64,000 nt of DNA from Octopus sinensis (lineage: Eukaryota). Under the pieces are notes generated by a model that had not been told where the DNA came from, ran no database searches, and saw nothing but the letters and a program-made list of their open reading frames with translations. Numbering within the stretch: position 1 is the first letter of the stretch; each line of letters begins with the position of its first letter. The DNA lies in NCBI RefSeq assembly GCF_006345805.1, contig NC_043018.1, forward strand, positions 4,588,001 through 4,652,000, written 5' to 3'. Made by a program: the position numbers and the translations under genes. Shown in pieces: positions 1 to 12,064 of this stretch.

Positions 1-391
1 GCATCAGACAGGATGTTTTGTGGTATTTGGTTTGGATCTTTCCATTCTGAGTTCTTGTATGACCTAACCCATTATTCAGGTCGATACCACCTGGCAGAGG
101 CACAGTGGGAAGTTGCCCTGGGTCCCCACAAGTCTAGGACTCCAGTGTTAATCTATGTATGCAGTGGCTTGGTGTTAAAATACTATATATTCAAGGGCAT
201 TACTTTGTTTGGTGGCCAAAAACAATGCTAAGATGGCTTTAGCAGAGTTCACTCTTTTGCAAGCATTCAGGTTGGATTTCTAGTCCTGCCACCAACTACT
301 CCAACTTTTATGAATGTAACTGTCCAGACATGCTACGAGTGGAGATATATATATAAATATAAGGCATTTTCACTCCCAGCAACACACTTAC

Positions 392-634
392 CTATATCAT
401 GCCAAAAAGCAAGGGCTGATTCTTGTATTGAGGGCTGGCTGTCATTGATACTTGTCAACAGCAACGGGATAAGTTTGTGATGGTAGGAATATCGATCTAG
501 CAAGTATAGAAGCCAGTTGCCAACAACGTTTGTGACAGCAGCTCTGACTGCAGGAACCTGGTCAAAAAGACGTTGAGCCAAGTGCAATCTGACATCATCA
601 ACACTTTTGCCATTACCATTTTGGATAACATCAC
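392..634 (-). CDS. DNAAF5: DNAAF5 coding exon 2 (gene continues beyond the left edge)
   Basis: Acceptor ctttctctag|GT at 634, donor G|GTAAG at 392; 243 nt, phase 1-1, joins exon 1 in frame. Encodes [43 protein letters not shown]...[15 protein letters not shown], like the vertebrate [16 protein letters not shown] motif. Confidence 0.93.
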
Positions 635-659
635 CTAGAGAAAGAATAATGATAATAAT

Positions 660-696
<37 letters not shown>

Positions 697-1174
697 GGCC
701 TAAACTTCCAAGGGAAGAAGGGCCTTTTTGAGTCTTTTTAGACAAACCCCTCTAGAGATGGTGTCCTGATAAAAATACTGGTGGGTGTGACACCTTATCA
801 ACACTTCCCACTGCATGAGAGTAATGGATAATAAAATACACAAACAACGGTATAAATGAGGACCGAACAACAGGTGACAGACTTTTGTGCAGCAGATGCC
901 CTGCAGGTGAGCAGCACAGGCCCTGCAGGTGAGCAGCACAGGCTCAGTCATCATTTTACAGTTGCCAGAACTAAATGGACCAAGATGATGATAAGGTGCA
1001 GAAAGAGACCCTGTGAGATCCCTGACAGCAGGCTGCTGTCTGCTTTCACAGAATCTACTGGAACAAACTAGACTGAACGTTCTGAGAAGTAAAGCGACAA
1101 CAACAACAACTCAGCAGGAAGACACCCAGCAAGAAATGGAAACAGAATTGAATGATGATGATGATGATGATGAT

Positions 1175-1460
1175 GATAGACAAAGAGAATAGAAAGTGCA
1201 AGGTAATTGACTTTACAGTCCCACATGAGGCAAAAGTCAATATAAGTATAGAGAAAAATAGCAAAGAACCAGACCAAGCCACTGAGTTACAGAGGCTTTG
1301 AAAAATTAAAGTAAAATGTATCTCTGTAGTTATGGGAACCATCCCTAAAGATTTGAACAGACGGATAGAAGAAACAGGCATAACACTAATTTAGTGCAGC
1401 TCTGGGAAACAGAATTATTAGGGACATCTACGATATTTAGGAAGGTTCTTAGCATCTAAG
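1175..1460 (+). mobile_element. Degenerate 3' fragment of an R4/Dong-like RLE non-LTR retrotransposon
   Basis: Reads IDKENRKCKVIDFTVPHEAKV...GTIPKDLNRRIEETGI, with stops and frameshifts. Starts right after a (GAT)n tract. Confidence 0.6.
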
Positions 1461-2219
1461 GTTTCTTGTTGTAGCCCAATGTTAGAGATATTTCTTTTCC
1501 AACAGTCTAACCTGTTGTCATCATCATCATCATTTAACATCTGTTTTCTATGCTGGCATGGATTGGATGGTTGACAAAAGCTGGTCAGCAGTTCAGACTC
1601 TAAATGGTCTGTTGTGGCATGGATGCCCTTCCTAATGTTAACCACTTTGCAGAGTGTGCTGGGTGATTTTTACGTACCACCAGCATAGGTGTTTACACAG
1701 CCCAAGCATGAATGCAAGATAGGACAAGACATTTTGGTCCTCTGTTGTATCTGTCTCCATCCCAGTCATTGGTGGAATAAATAAGCTGAATAAACAAAGT
1801 AAATCCAAGATGCTGGATATGTGAGTTGTTAGTAAATGTTAGTCTACTCAAGCAGTACTGACCAAACTCACTCATTTAAGCAGCTTAATACTTGACCTTA
1901 TCCACAAATTTATGAAGTACAAAATACTGAATTTCTTTGACCAGACACAGAAGCAGAGAATTATTGTAAAAGAGAAGATATTTTTTCTTGTGCACATTAG
2001 TGTCATTAAGTGACCAAGTGCTGAGTGGTCTCCTAAAGATTCATTGCTTGGGGTAGGGGTTAAAGATAGACACGTGTGACACTCGCAGATGCTTCCAGAG
2101 AGTGGTGGAGAAGAAAGAGAGAAAGCATTTGTTTTTTTAATCATTTAGACAATTTACCATATTCCACCTTTGACCATTGTCATGACAATGGCCTTCCAAT
2201 GATGTTTATTTGAGAGAAG

Positions 2220-2251
<32 letters not shown>

Positions 2252-2573
2252 TTGAATGAGTTGTTAAGGATGGTGTTTGAATGCAAAGCACAGAGGGGAT
2301 GATGTGGAAAGAGGACGAATGCAGAGTGCTTGGACAAGGATAGGAATGGAACGAAGCACCGAAAAACAGGAGTGACGAGAGTAAAGTCGAACACTCAAAC
2401 ACGCTGCAACCACCAGCGTCTGTCGGTTGGTTTTTTGCCTAACAAGACGGCCCCCCTTTTTTTAACACCTTACTTGTTTGCATATATACCGATATAACAG
2501 AAATAATAAAAACACACTCTAATAACGGGCAGTATAAATATATTTGTATTAACCAATATGAAAGTACACTTAC

Positions 2574-3192
2574 CGATTGCTTCTAAAACACAGACACGCA
2601 CCTTTGAATGTTGATGAGTAAGATTCTGTAAGAGAGGATTAATCAAAGACTCCGATTGCATATGGAAAACATCAGGAACAGTCTTTGCCAATAACGAAGC
2701 AGCCATACAACTATTTTTTTTTATTTGAGGATAATTATCTACAATGGTTCTTTGTAAAATCTTTATAACATCATTTAGGTAAGCTTCGATCTTCTTTCCA
2801 TTCAGTTCCATTGCTTTGATTAATAATCGAACGAGAATCAAACGAACTTCTTCTGAATTCTCGATTATTTCTTGCTGTCCTAATCTCTGGACCAAAACAG
2901 GTATTAAGTAAGGTAAATATTCACACTGCCCGGGGACTATTGTTAACAATTCGCTCATCAACTCTATGGCTTGTTCGCGACAACTCTCGGCAGGATCGCT
3001 GAATTCTTTCAACAAAGGTTTAAGAAGTTCGTTAAAAATCCTTTGTAAGTCTGAGCTTTCCAGATCCGGCTTTCGTTTGTTTATGTCTTTACTGATGTCT
3101 TGCAGTGCTTTCCTGCGAATCATCTTGTTACTTTCATTCAAAAAGTTGATATTCCGAGCCAAGTTCGGCAAACTCTCCTCCACGACCGCCAT
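2574..3192 (-). CDS. DNAAF5: Dynein axonemal assembly factor 5 (HEAT-repeat protein HEATR2), coding exon 1
   Basis: ATG at 3192. Encodes MAVVEESLPNLARNINFL...EFSDPAESCREQAIELM...QRLGQQEIIENSEEVRL...LTHQHSKVRVCVLEAIG, matching the HEAT-repeat N-terminus of DNAAF5 as I recall it. Donor G|GTAAGT after 2574 (619 nt, phase 1). The ORF-track extension to 2470 is intronic. Confidence 0.93.
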
Positions 3193-3247
3193 GATGTTTC
3201 TTATGTGTTGTTCGGTAGACTTTCTACCTCACTTTGCTAAAGAGTTT

Positions 3248-3262
3248 GTTGTCCTTAGATAC
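3248..3262. promoter_or_regulatory. Candidate RFX X-box in the DNAAF5 proximal promoter
   Basis: GTTGTC-CTT-AGATAC fits the GTHNYY-N(0-3)-RRNDAC X-box pattern, 56-70 bp upstream of the DNAAF5 ATG. Ciliary genes are established RFX targets. It is a short motif and may be chance. Confidence 0.4.
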
Positions 3263-3944
3263 GGATTTATTTGAAAATTACTTTCTCTTAACAGAGAATT
3301 ATTAATAGATTAGAATGATATTTCTTAAATAACATGGAATAGTTCTCTTTCAACTCAATTGTTAAATTATTATTGTGGTTAATGCTGATCATTATCGTTA
3401 TTATTGTAAACTTTTAATGACTGAAAAATCATTTGTTGAAGCTACGTCTGACCTGTTCCAACATGAATTTTCAGTGAACAGAAATAAAGTTACAGGAAAA
3501 AATGTCATGTTTTATTTAAATATCATAAGCAATAATGTAGAACACACTTATTATCTGACAATACGTGACTTGTGCACAACAGTAACACAATATTTAAGAT
3601 GAAGAGTCGTTGAGGGTGGGAACAGCCACACCCTACCAGGCACGGGTGTAAATAAAGGATTGCAACATTTCCTTTGGCCTTTCATGCTTGTTGATTAAGA
3701 TAACGTACATAGTAATTTCTGTGTCCCGAGGCAAGGGAAACCCGTGCTATGCCACTGATTAATTTCATTCGATATCTTAATAAAACAAACAAAAAGAAAA
3801 ACTGTGTCAGCAATTCATAATCACATTTTCCTGTTACTTATTTTATTACAACATGAGTGTGGGACAAGCTGCATTCAGGTGCCACTTTCAACTCTCTCTT
3901 TGATAAATCTGATCAATTCTCAAGGTATCATCTACTTTCATCAT

Positions 3945-4500
3945 CATCACCATCATCGTAGTCGTCGTTTAACGTCCACTTTCCATGTTGACATGGGTTG
4001 GACGGTTTGACTGAGGATTGGCGAGCCAGAAGGCTGCACCAGGCTCCAATCTGATTTGGCAAAGGTTCTGCAGCTGGATGCCCTTTCTAACGCCAACCAC
4101 TCCGAGAGTGTAGTGGGTGCTTTTGCGTGCCACTGGTACAAGGGCCAGTCAGGCGGTTCTGGCATCAACCATGCTCAAAAGGTGTTTTTTACATGCTTTC
4201 TGCATAGAAGCCAGTCCGGAATCACTGGCAACAACCATGCTCAAATGTTGTTTCTCACGTGCCAGTAAGATGACACTGGCAACGATCACGTTCAAATGGT
4301 GCTTTTTACGTGCTGCCAGCAGGGGAGCCAATCCGTGGCCCTGGCAACAACCAGGCTTGGATGTGCTTTGAACGTTCCTCTAGCATGAGTGCCAATCAAG
4401 TGGTACTGTCATTGGCCACATCAGCAATTTTGATTTTGATTTTTAATTTTGATTTCACTTGCCTCAACAGGTCTTTGCAAGCAAAGTTTATTGTCCAATG
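3945..4500 (+). mobile_element. Interspersed repeat family C ((CAT)n-TTTAACGTC...GGATGCCCTTCCTAA), with internal ~55-bp subrepeats
   Basis: Other copies at ~1515-1700(+), 13690-14170(-), 25860-26080(-), 33150-33390(-), 38705-38960(+), 39770-39970(+) and 61520-61660(-). Confidence 0.8.
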
Positions 4501-4639
4501 AACGAGGGGTTCATAAGTGGGCTGGTTACACCCACTTGGCATAGGCCACAGGCTATGGTCTCATTTGGCTTGTTAGGTCTTCTCAAGTGCAGCATATTTC
4601 CAAAGGTCTCAGTCACTAGTCATTGCCTCGATAAGGCCC

Positions 4640-5340
4640 AATGTTCGAAGGTCATGCTTCACCACCTCATCCTGGGCAAAATTCTCAGGGGACTGGATTG
4701 ATGCCCTACATGTGGCCAACATTGGAGGTCTACTCAGTTTAGATGAACTCAGCATCTCCATTGCACTCAGTGGGAGCTGATGTTTGTAGGGGACTGAGAT
4801 GCCACTATGGTAGGACCCTTGACCCCACAGGTCTTCACAGTCTGTCTTTCCACCTAAATGATGGTTGCTTCGCTCATCACACCAAGCTAAACTTATTCAT
4901 TAAGCAGGTCCTGGCTCAGATTAATATCCCCTCAGTTTTGGAGCCATTAGGGTTATCCAGAAGTGATGGAAAGAGACCAGATGGTCTTACCCTCTGTCCC
5001 TGGGTTAGAGGTAGGTGCCTCATTTGGACACCACAGTCTGCAACTCCTTTTCTACCTCCCACATCCTTGATGCTGCAGTTATGGAAGGGTCACTGCTTCC
5101 GTAATTGAATGGAAGAAAACCCTGAAGTATTGGGACCTGACAGTGAGCTATCTCTTCCAACCTGTGGCATTTGAGATATTCGAAGGGACTGGGTCACTAA
5201 CCACAAAGTTCTAGTAAAAATTGGCAGCTCACCTCACCAAGGCGTCAGGTGATGCCCATGAAGGTGCTTGGCTTTCCCAACGCCTTAGCCTCACCATCGT
5301 CCTTGGTAATGCTGCAAGTGTGCTGGCTTGGTTCAGTAGG
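4640..5340 (+). mobile_element. Decayed CRE-clade non-LTR retrotransposon, RLE-domain 3' part
   Basis: SGDWIDAL...ADVCRGLRCHYGRTLDPTGLH...VLEPLGLSRSDGKRPDGLTLCPWVRGRCLIW...QPVAFE...QRLSLTIVLGNAASVL; motif pattern of CRE elements; frameshifted. Confidence 0.75.
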
Positions 5341-5954
5341 TTCTGTTAAACCTTATGGTATGTGACCAGTTGCTGTGATAAAAAAAATTCCCTACAAATA
5401 GTTTCAATGCAGTTTTGACAGAAGGATTTGGAGGAGTTGGTTGAGGGTGCCCTGGTGATTTTCTTTCTTGTAAATAAATGTTTGCGTTAATTCAAAACTT
5501 TGCCAACAAAATCTTATGAAATGACAATTTTCTAAAAGATGTACGTGTTTATATGTTATATATGAAAATAAACTATGTCCATTTAAAATGAGGACACTTT
5601 AGATAGTGGACTTAAATAAAAGAAGGCACTACTTGGAACCTTTGGTGACTTGTTATTGCCTGCTTTCAAGTAAAGAATAACTGGTAATTAAGAACTATCC
5701 AAGAGTCTTCTAGAATAACAACAACAACAATAATAATCCTTTCTACTAAAGGCACAAGACCAGAAATTTGGTGGAAGGGGACTAGTCAATTACATCGACC
5801 CCAGTGTTTCACTGGTACTTAATTTATTGACAACCGAAAGGATGAAAGGTAAAGTCAACCTCTGCAGAATTTGAATTCAGAACATGAAAACAGATGAAAT
5901 ACCTTAAAGCATTTCACCTGGCATGCTAACGATTCTGCCAGCTCACCATCTTAA

Positions 5955-5971
5955 TAATAATAATAATAATG

Positions 5972-6022
<51 letters not shown>

Positions 6023-6039
6023 TAATAAAATAATAATAA

Positions 6040-6079
<40 letters not shown>

Positions 6080-6116
6080 TAATAATAATAATAAAATATA
6101 ATAAAAATAATAATAA

Positions 6117-6148
<32 letters not shown>

Positions 6149-6220
6149 TAATAATAATAAAATAATAATAAAAATAATAATAATAATAATTTTTAAAAAA
6201 ATAATAATAATAATAATAAT
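5955..6220. repeat. Long imperfect (AAT)n microsatellite
   Basis: ~265 bp of TAA/TAAAA units; source of the spurious poly-L/Y/I ORFs. Confidence 0.97.
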
Positions 6221-6933
6221 CTCCCCACCAGAAATTACCAAAAACATGTAATGAAAAGAAATATAACAAGTAAGTGCAGAATATGTGGAGATGGACAAGA
6301 AACAATAAATCATATTATCTCTGGCTGCCCAGTCCTGGCTAAGAAGGAATATATTCACAGACATGACAGAGTCGGGACCTACATGCACTGGAAGCTATGC
6401 CAACATTATGGAATAACAACAGAAAAAAGATGGTATAGGCACACACCAGAAAAGGTCACAGAGAACGAGAAAGCAACCATACTCTGGGATATGCCGATAC
6501 ACACAGATAGAGAAATTAAGGCCAACAGACCAGATATAGTTGTCAGAGATCATGAAGAGAAAAAAAATGCTTTCTAATTGATGTATCAATACCGGCAGAT
6601 GACAACGTGTCTCTAAAAGAAATGGAGAAACTTTCAAAATACAAAGACCTGGAAATAGAGGTAACCAGAATGTGGAATCTAAAAACAGAAACAATTCCTA
6701 TCATAGTAGGTGCATTAGGCATGATAAAAAAATATTCAGACAAATACATAACAAAAACACCAGGACTTACAAACACATATAACATACAGAAAATTGCACT
6801 ACTAGGCACTGCACACATCCTACACAGAACATTTTCCATACAATAACCATCAGAGCATCACAACAAATCACAGCACATACCCAAGGCACACAGAGTAGTG
6901 AAGTGAAAGCACGCTATAAAAATAAAACTACTG
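6221..6933 (+). mobile_element. 5'-truncated R4/Dong-type RLE non-LTR retrotransposon
   Basis: CRICGDGQETINHIISGC zinc knuckle, RHD motif, RPDIVV...IDVSIP...KYKDL (PD-D-K nuclease) and PIIVGALG. One frameshift in an A-run near 6560. The 3'UTR ends AATAAAACTACTG followed by (AAT)n. Confidence 0.88.
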
Positions 6934-6987
6934 AATAATAATAATAATAATAATAGTTGTTGTTGTTTTTGTTGTAATTATTACTAC

Positions 6988-7023
<36 letters not shown>

Positions 7024-7200
7024 CATTATTATTATTTCTACTCAAGACACGAAGCCTTGAAAATTTGGGGGAGAAGGGGGTTATTCGATTACATCAACCC
7101 CAGTGCATAACTGGTACTTATTTCATTGACCCTGAAAGGATGAAAGGTAACGTTGACCTCAGTGGAATTTGAACTCAGAATGTGAAGACAGACAAAATGC

Positions 7201-7560
7201 TGCTAAAGAGGAGCTGGTCGTCTGTCGTTGAAACTGGAACATGTTGAGTAGCTCTGTGGTCAGTGACTAGACCTCAAAAAGTCTGAAGTCAAAAGACGAA
7301 GAATAGTGGAAATGCAAGCCTATTTATAGCCCGTGGTAGGCTCAAAGAAGGGCATCAAGAAGCAGGCCTTATCCGAAGGCCGTGGTTGGTTGGCTTCTCA
7401 CTCTGGCACGTAATAGGAAGTAGAGACAAACCGCGCCACATGTCAACCAATCAGATCAGTGGACACAAACAGGAACAACCCAGCCAAAGATGGCTGTAAT
7501 CTCAAACGAGATCATTCCTGTTGTGTCTCTCAAACAGTGAGGATATCAGATACTGCTACA
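7201..7560 (-). repeat. LTR-like repeat, copy A (~360 bp)
   Basis: TG...CA-like ends (TGCTA...GCTACA). Near-identical to copy B over 7425-7555 versus 11929-12058. Minus-strand TATAAATA at ~7320. Confidence 0.5.
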
Positions 7561-8235
7561 GAACCCCACATCAGACGTTTTGTCGTAGACAAAAAAAGGC
7601 AATAAAAAAAATGGAAGCGAAGATGATATCCGAACGGTTGGTCAAATCAACTGGCACTAGGTCACGAGTGAACGTAAGGCCCCTCAGAAATAATAATGGC
7701 TGCGTGTTTGAAAACGGCGGGTCACCAATGTAGGAATACGACCATATATGAGGAGGTTGGTGACATAGGTCTTCTCTTGTAAGCCACATGGTCGCATCCC
7801 TAACGAAATAAGATAAGTCATAATACAATTTACACAATACAGTGCCAACAGAATACAAATGAATGAGGACAAGCCGTTCCGGTGTTTGAGAGAAGATAAG
7901 ATTTTATTAATAACGTGTTAAAGTGATAGTGTTAAGATGTGCTAGCAAGTGTTGTGTATGTGTGCATGCAACAAGTGTTTGTGTCTGTGTGTTCAGGTGT
8001 GTGACAGATACAAATAAGGTAAATGCGTATGACACAGAAATACAGAGCATGAAATGAAAGTCTCAGCATAGAGTTAAAGATGGAATTTGGATTACCAGTT
8101 CGTAAGGTACACGATATGCAAGAGTTCTATAACAAGATGAGGCGGAGACCGGTTGGGCGAATATGTCGTGCCGCAGTTGTAGTCTCAACGCTGAGCTGAG
8201 TTCTCTTAATACAGAATTTCTTCATATGGAATGAC

Positions 8236-11200
8236 TGTTATACGTGGTGACTGGCTGTCATCTGTCGCTGGAAACTGGAACATAGATGAGCACGATGCTG
8301 GTCAGTGACTAGACCTTAGAAGGTCTGGAGTCAAAGAATTTCTTTATTACCCATAAAGGGCCAACATAGAGGGGGACAGTACAACATGATTGGGGTCATG
8401 TGAAAACTATGGTATAAAACATTAAATGACGCTTAAAATTACAATAAAATCGGAAATCAAATGATACACATTGACAAAACAAAACACGAAAAGGACACAT
8501 GAAGTAGAAAAACAGGATTGCCGACCCCACGAGCCCTGTTTTTCCACTGAAACCTTGGTAGATGACTTATAGCGTGTTCATGCAGTGTCTTTCATGCCCA
8601 GCATCCGTGCAACACGCTTCCATCTTTTTCGAAACTTGCACTCTGACAGACACCTTTTCTCTAACTCCACCTTTCTTTTTAGATGAAACTTAAAGCAGTT
8701 CACCAAGGCGAGGCCAGAGATCATGGTGTCTGTCCCTACACCTTTCATTCTGGTCTTCCAAATAACCTCTTTCGCGACTGCTACTATCACGAGAAAACAA
8801 TGCTTACCTTCGTTTGTCAAGAAACCAGGCGAGTCAATTTTTAAAATTGACTCAGTCGACAGCTGTACTCTTCTTCCGTCCGACAACAGGTGTTCTGCAT
8901 AAACCCACACGTCCGAAATTTCCGGGCACTGAACAATAGTGTGCAGGACTGTTTCCACATCCCGCTCGCATCTTGGACAGTTTGATGGTCCACCATGACC
9001 ATGTCATGTGAGCTTATCCCGAACGGGTAAGGCTCCTCTGTAACATTGCCAGGCCAAAGACTTCTGAAAGTTATTCAGCGTCCTCGGTCCGAATGTCCTT
9101 TGGAACAGGCTATCTAACTGATTATTATCGAGACCCAAGGTCCTTCCCAGGGCATCGTCATTTCTGGCCTCTACCAACCTACTATAAAAAGCTGCGGTGG
9201 TACCAAAGCCACCGGCATTGCCCGACTTGCGGAAGTGGAAGAGGGCTTTACGGCACTCTGAATACCACATACTCGACAATAAGTCTACGACGAAACCAGG
9301 TTTCTCTACCACTAAAACTGGCAAAGCTGGGAAACATCTGTCTTGCGAGCGGGAACCACACCCGTTCACCATCCAGGTAGAGCCAGGGATGCCTCAACCT
9401 CAGCGCATGTTTGCACATCAACAGCCAAGGCATCCCTAACCCACCCTTTAATGGCTTCTGACAGCAAATAGAATGTCTCACAAGAGGAGCGGAGCCCTTC
9501 CACAGAAAGCGAAAGATTTGCCTCTCCATCTTGCTCAACCATGAATCCAGACAAGGAACGACGGTTAGGCGGTAAATGATGACCGATGCTATAAACACAT
9601 TGGCTACCTCCGCCCTCCCTTTCAAGGATAGCCACCACCAAGACCAAGTCTCGACCGTGTAAGCCATCTTGCTCGCCACCTCAGACCAGTTCTTTTCTAT
9701 CTGGAGATCTGGACCAAACCAGATCCCTAGCAGCTTAACCGGACCCTCCGTCCAGCATCCCACGATGCTATTCGAAGGCATCAACTTGCCCCTCCAGGTG
9801 CCGAGTTGCAAGCCGACTGACTTTTCCTGATTAATTTTTGCTCCTGTCACTGTCTCGTAAGCCTTGATGGTATCTCCCACATTCTGTAGGAGTTCCACCT
9901 TGGTCATGATGATGGTGATGTCGTCCGCATACGCTGTAACAGATCCTCCACCTCCTGGATTCGTCGGGATGGCGCTCAGCTTTCGCAGTAATGGCTCGAG
10001 AGCCGTCACATATAAAAGCGGGGAGAGCGGACACCCTTGACGAACTGACCGTTTGATGCGGAACGGCTCCGAAAGGAAGCCATTCATACAAACGATCGAG
10101 TCGATGTCATACAACTGTATAATCCACCTGAGAAAACCAATGCCTAGACCGAACTGTGCAAGCACAGACACCGATGGTTCACCCTATCGAAAGCTTTACT
10201 CTGGTCTAAATGAACCAGTGCCCTACCTTTGCCAGAATTGTTCCCAAACCCTTCTGCGGTGTAACGTATAAGGTGAAGATTATCCTGAATAGTCCTTCCG
10301 GGGACTGCACAAGTTTGTGCTTCCCCGATTAGGCCATCCGCGACACGCGTCAACCGTTTCGCTAACACCTTGGCCAAAATCTTCACCTCTGCATTCAGCA
10401 GGGTGATGGGCCTGAATTTATCTATTCTATCCCCCTTGCTCGGGTCCTTCCTGATCAGTGTCACCACTCCCCGGTGCACAGATCTGGGAATGAACCCATT
10501 CTGCCGCCAGTTCGCGAAAACGCCGACCAGTACGTACCTGAACAAGTCTGGCATACTTTTATATAGTTCATAGGGTAAACCATCAATTCCCGGCACCTTA
10601 CCTCTGCCGCAGTCAGCTACCTCCTCAGGCAAGATTGACCCTTCACAGCTCTCCGCGTCCTGCCCCAAGAGGTGCGGTAGCCCGGCGAGGAGGTCCGTAA
10701 GGTCTGTCCTCTCACCCGGCCCGCTGTCACTCCCGAAAAGCCGGGCGAAGTGCTCCTGAAACGTCCGACACATCTTCTCTGGTTCGGTTACCATATCGCC
10801 TTGCTCGTTCGTCACAGACTTGATTGTGGAATCGTTTCCACGTTGAGCTTCCACAACTCGTGCCCATCCGGCAGCCTTAATACCCTCGCTCCCCATTGCG
10901 CGGAGTCTAGCTCTGACGATACAACCCATGTGTTTGGCTTCGAGGTGCTGGTTTAATTCCAGTCTCTTCAGCCTAACCTGGGCCCCATCGCCAGATCTCA
11001 TGGCTTCCTCTAAGGCCTTAACTAGCCCCTTTTCTTTTCTACGCCCACTAGTGACTAGTCCTATGCTATATCTAATGGACTCGTATTTAATGGCTCGCTT
11101 GAGGGTGTACCACCATTTGTTGTTAATAATGGAACCAGTTAACACCCTCTGAATTAATAACTTAATCCGGCTTCTGAAATCCTCAATAGCCAAAAGGGAC

Positions 11201-12064
11201 TTATTGAGTTTCCAGTAACCGGATCCCTTTCTACATAACTTATCTAGGAGCAGTTTGCCAGTGACCATCTTGTGATCACTGTAACTGACCGGGTGAAGCT
11301 GTGGACACTTAACTATGTCTTTATCTATTTTTCTAATGAGAATCCTTTCTATACAGGACCTGACAGACCCGTCGCTATTTGACCACGTCCACTGTGGAGC
11401 GTTCGGGAATTCAAGTCTGTAGGGATCTACCAGCTGAAAGCGACTTAGTAGATCCCGGAAGCCAATGTTTGGTTTCCTATCTTTAGAGCCAACGCTGTCG
11501 ACACACGCATCGACTATAGCATTAAGGTCCCCTAGCATGACTAAGGGATTTTGACATGCCAAAAAACTTCTCCAGGTCTCCAGTTTGCTGCTTTTCCTGG
11601 GCTTACCACAACTCGGCTTGCCGTTTTCTCCGGTCTTGCCTCAATTAGGTCTGCCGTCCCTCCCGGGCTGGCCATAATTTGGCCTACCCTCACGGGCAGT
11701 TCCTTCACAGAAATAACAAAAGTTTTTAACAAGGGTAATCCAATAATGGCACGGTAGACAATACAACTAATACTTCCAAAGGTCTGGAGTCAAAGACCAA
11801 GTATACTGAGAGCAACCCTTTATATACAAGAAAGATGGCTCAACAGAGCCTAGGAAAAAGGGTGTCACGAGACCTTAATGAAAGGCCATTATTGGTTGGC
11901 ATTGGATAGTGGCACGAAATAAGTAGAGAGACAAACCGCGCCACATGTCAACCAATCAGATCAGTGGACACAACAGGAACAACCCAGCCAAAGATGGCTG
12001 TAATCTCAAACGAGATCATTCCTACTGTGTCTCTCAAACAGTGAGGATATCAGATACCACTACA
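8236..12064 (-). repeat. LTR-like repeat, copy B, split by a Tx1 LINE (pieces 8236-8337 and 11797-12064)
   Basis: TGTTAT...ACTACA termini. Both pieces are collinear with copy A once the LINE and one TSD copy are removed. Minus-strand TATATAAA and CCAAT motifs. Confidence 0.55.
8338..11778 (-). mobile_element. 5'-truncated Tx1/L1-clade LINE (APE-RT-CCHC ORF2), frameshifted, with an 18-bp TSD
   Basis: APE motifs (LVMLGDLNA, SDH), RT motifs (PGIDGLP, FRPITLLNAEVKI, LDQSKAFDRV, RQGCPLSP, YADD, KINQEKS) and C-terminal CPRC-x8-H-x4-C. 3' end GTAATAAAGAAAT. Direct repeat AAGGTCTGGAGTCAAAGA at 8320-8337 and 11779-11796. Confidence 0.92.

Noticed and set aside
897-943. Tandem ~22-bp duplication GCCCTGCAGGTGAGCAGCACAG
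   Set aside because: A two-copy local slippage in a DNAAF5 intron with no further structure.
4150-4370. Four ~55-bp spaced repeats (GGCAAC.ACCATGCTCAAA.GGTG..TTTTAC.TGC)
   Set aside because: Degenerate internal subrepeats of repeat family C, also present at 13850-14010; not CRISPR.
5943-6388. Poly-L/I/Y ORFs, and similar YI/CV/HT-rich ORFs at 22101-22447, 23572-23970, 24178-24620 and 36567-37401
   Set aside because: Translations of microsatellites; not coding.
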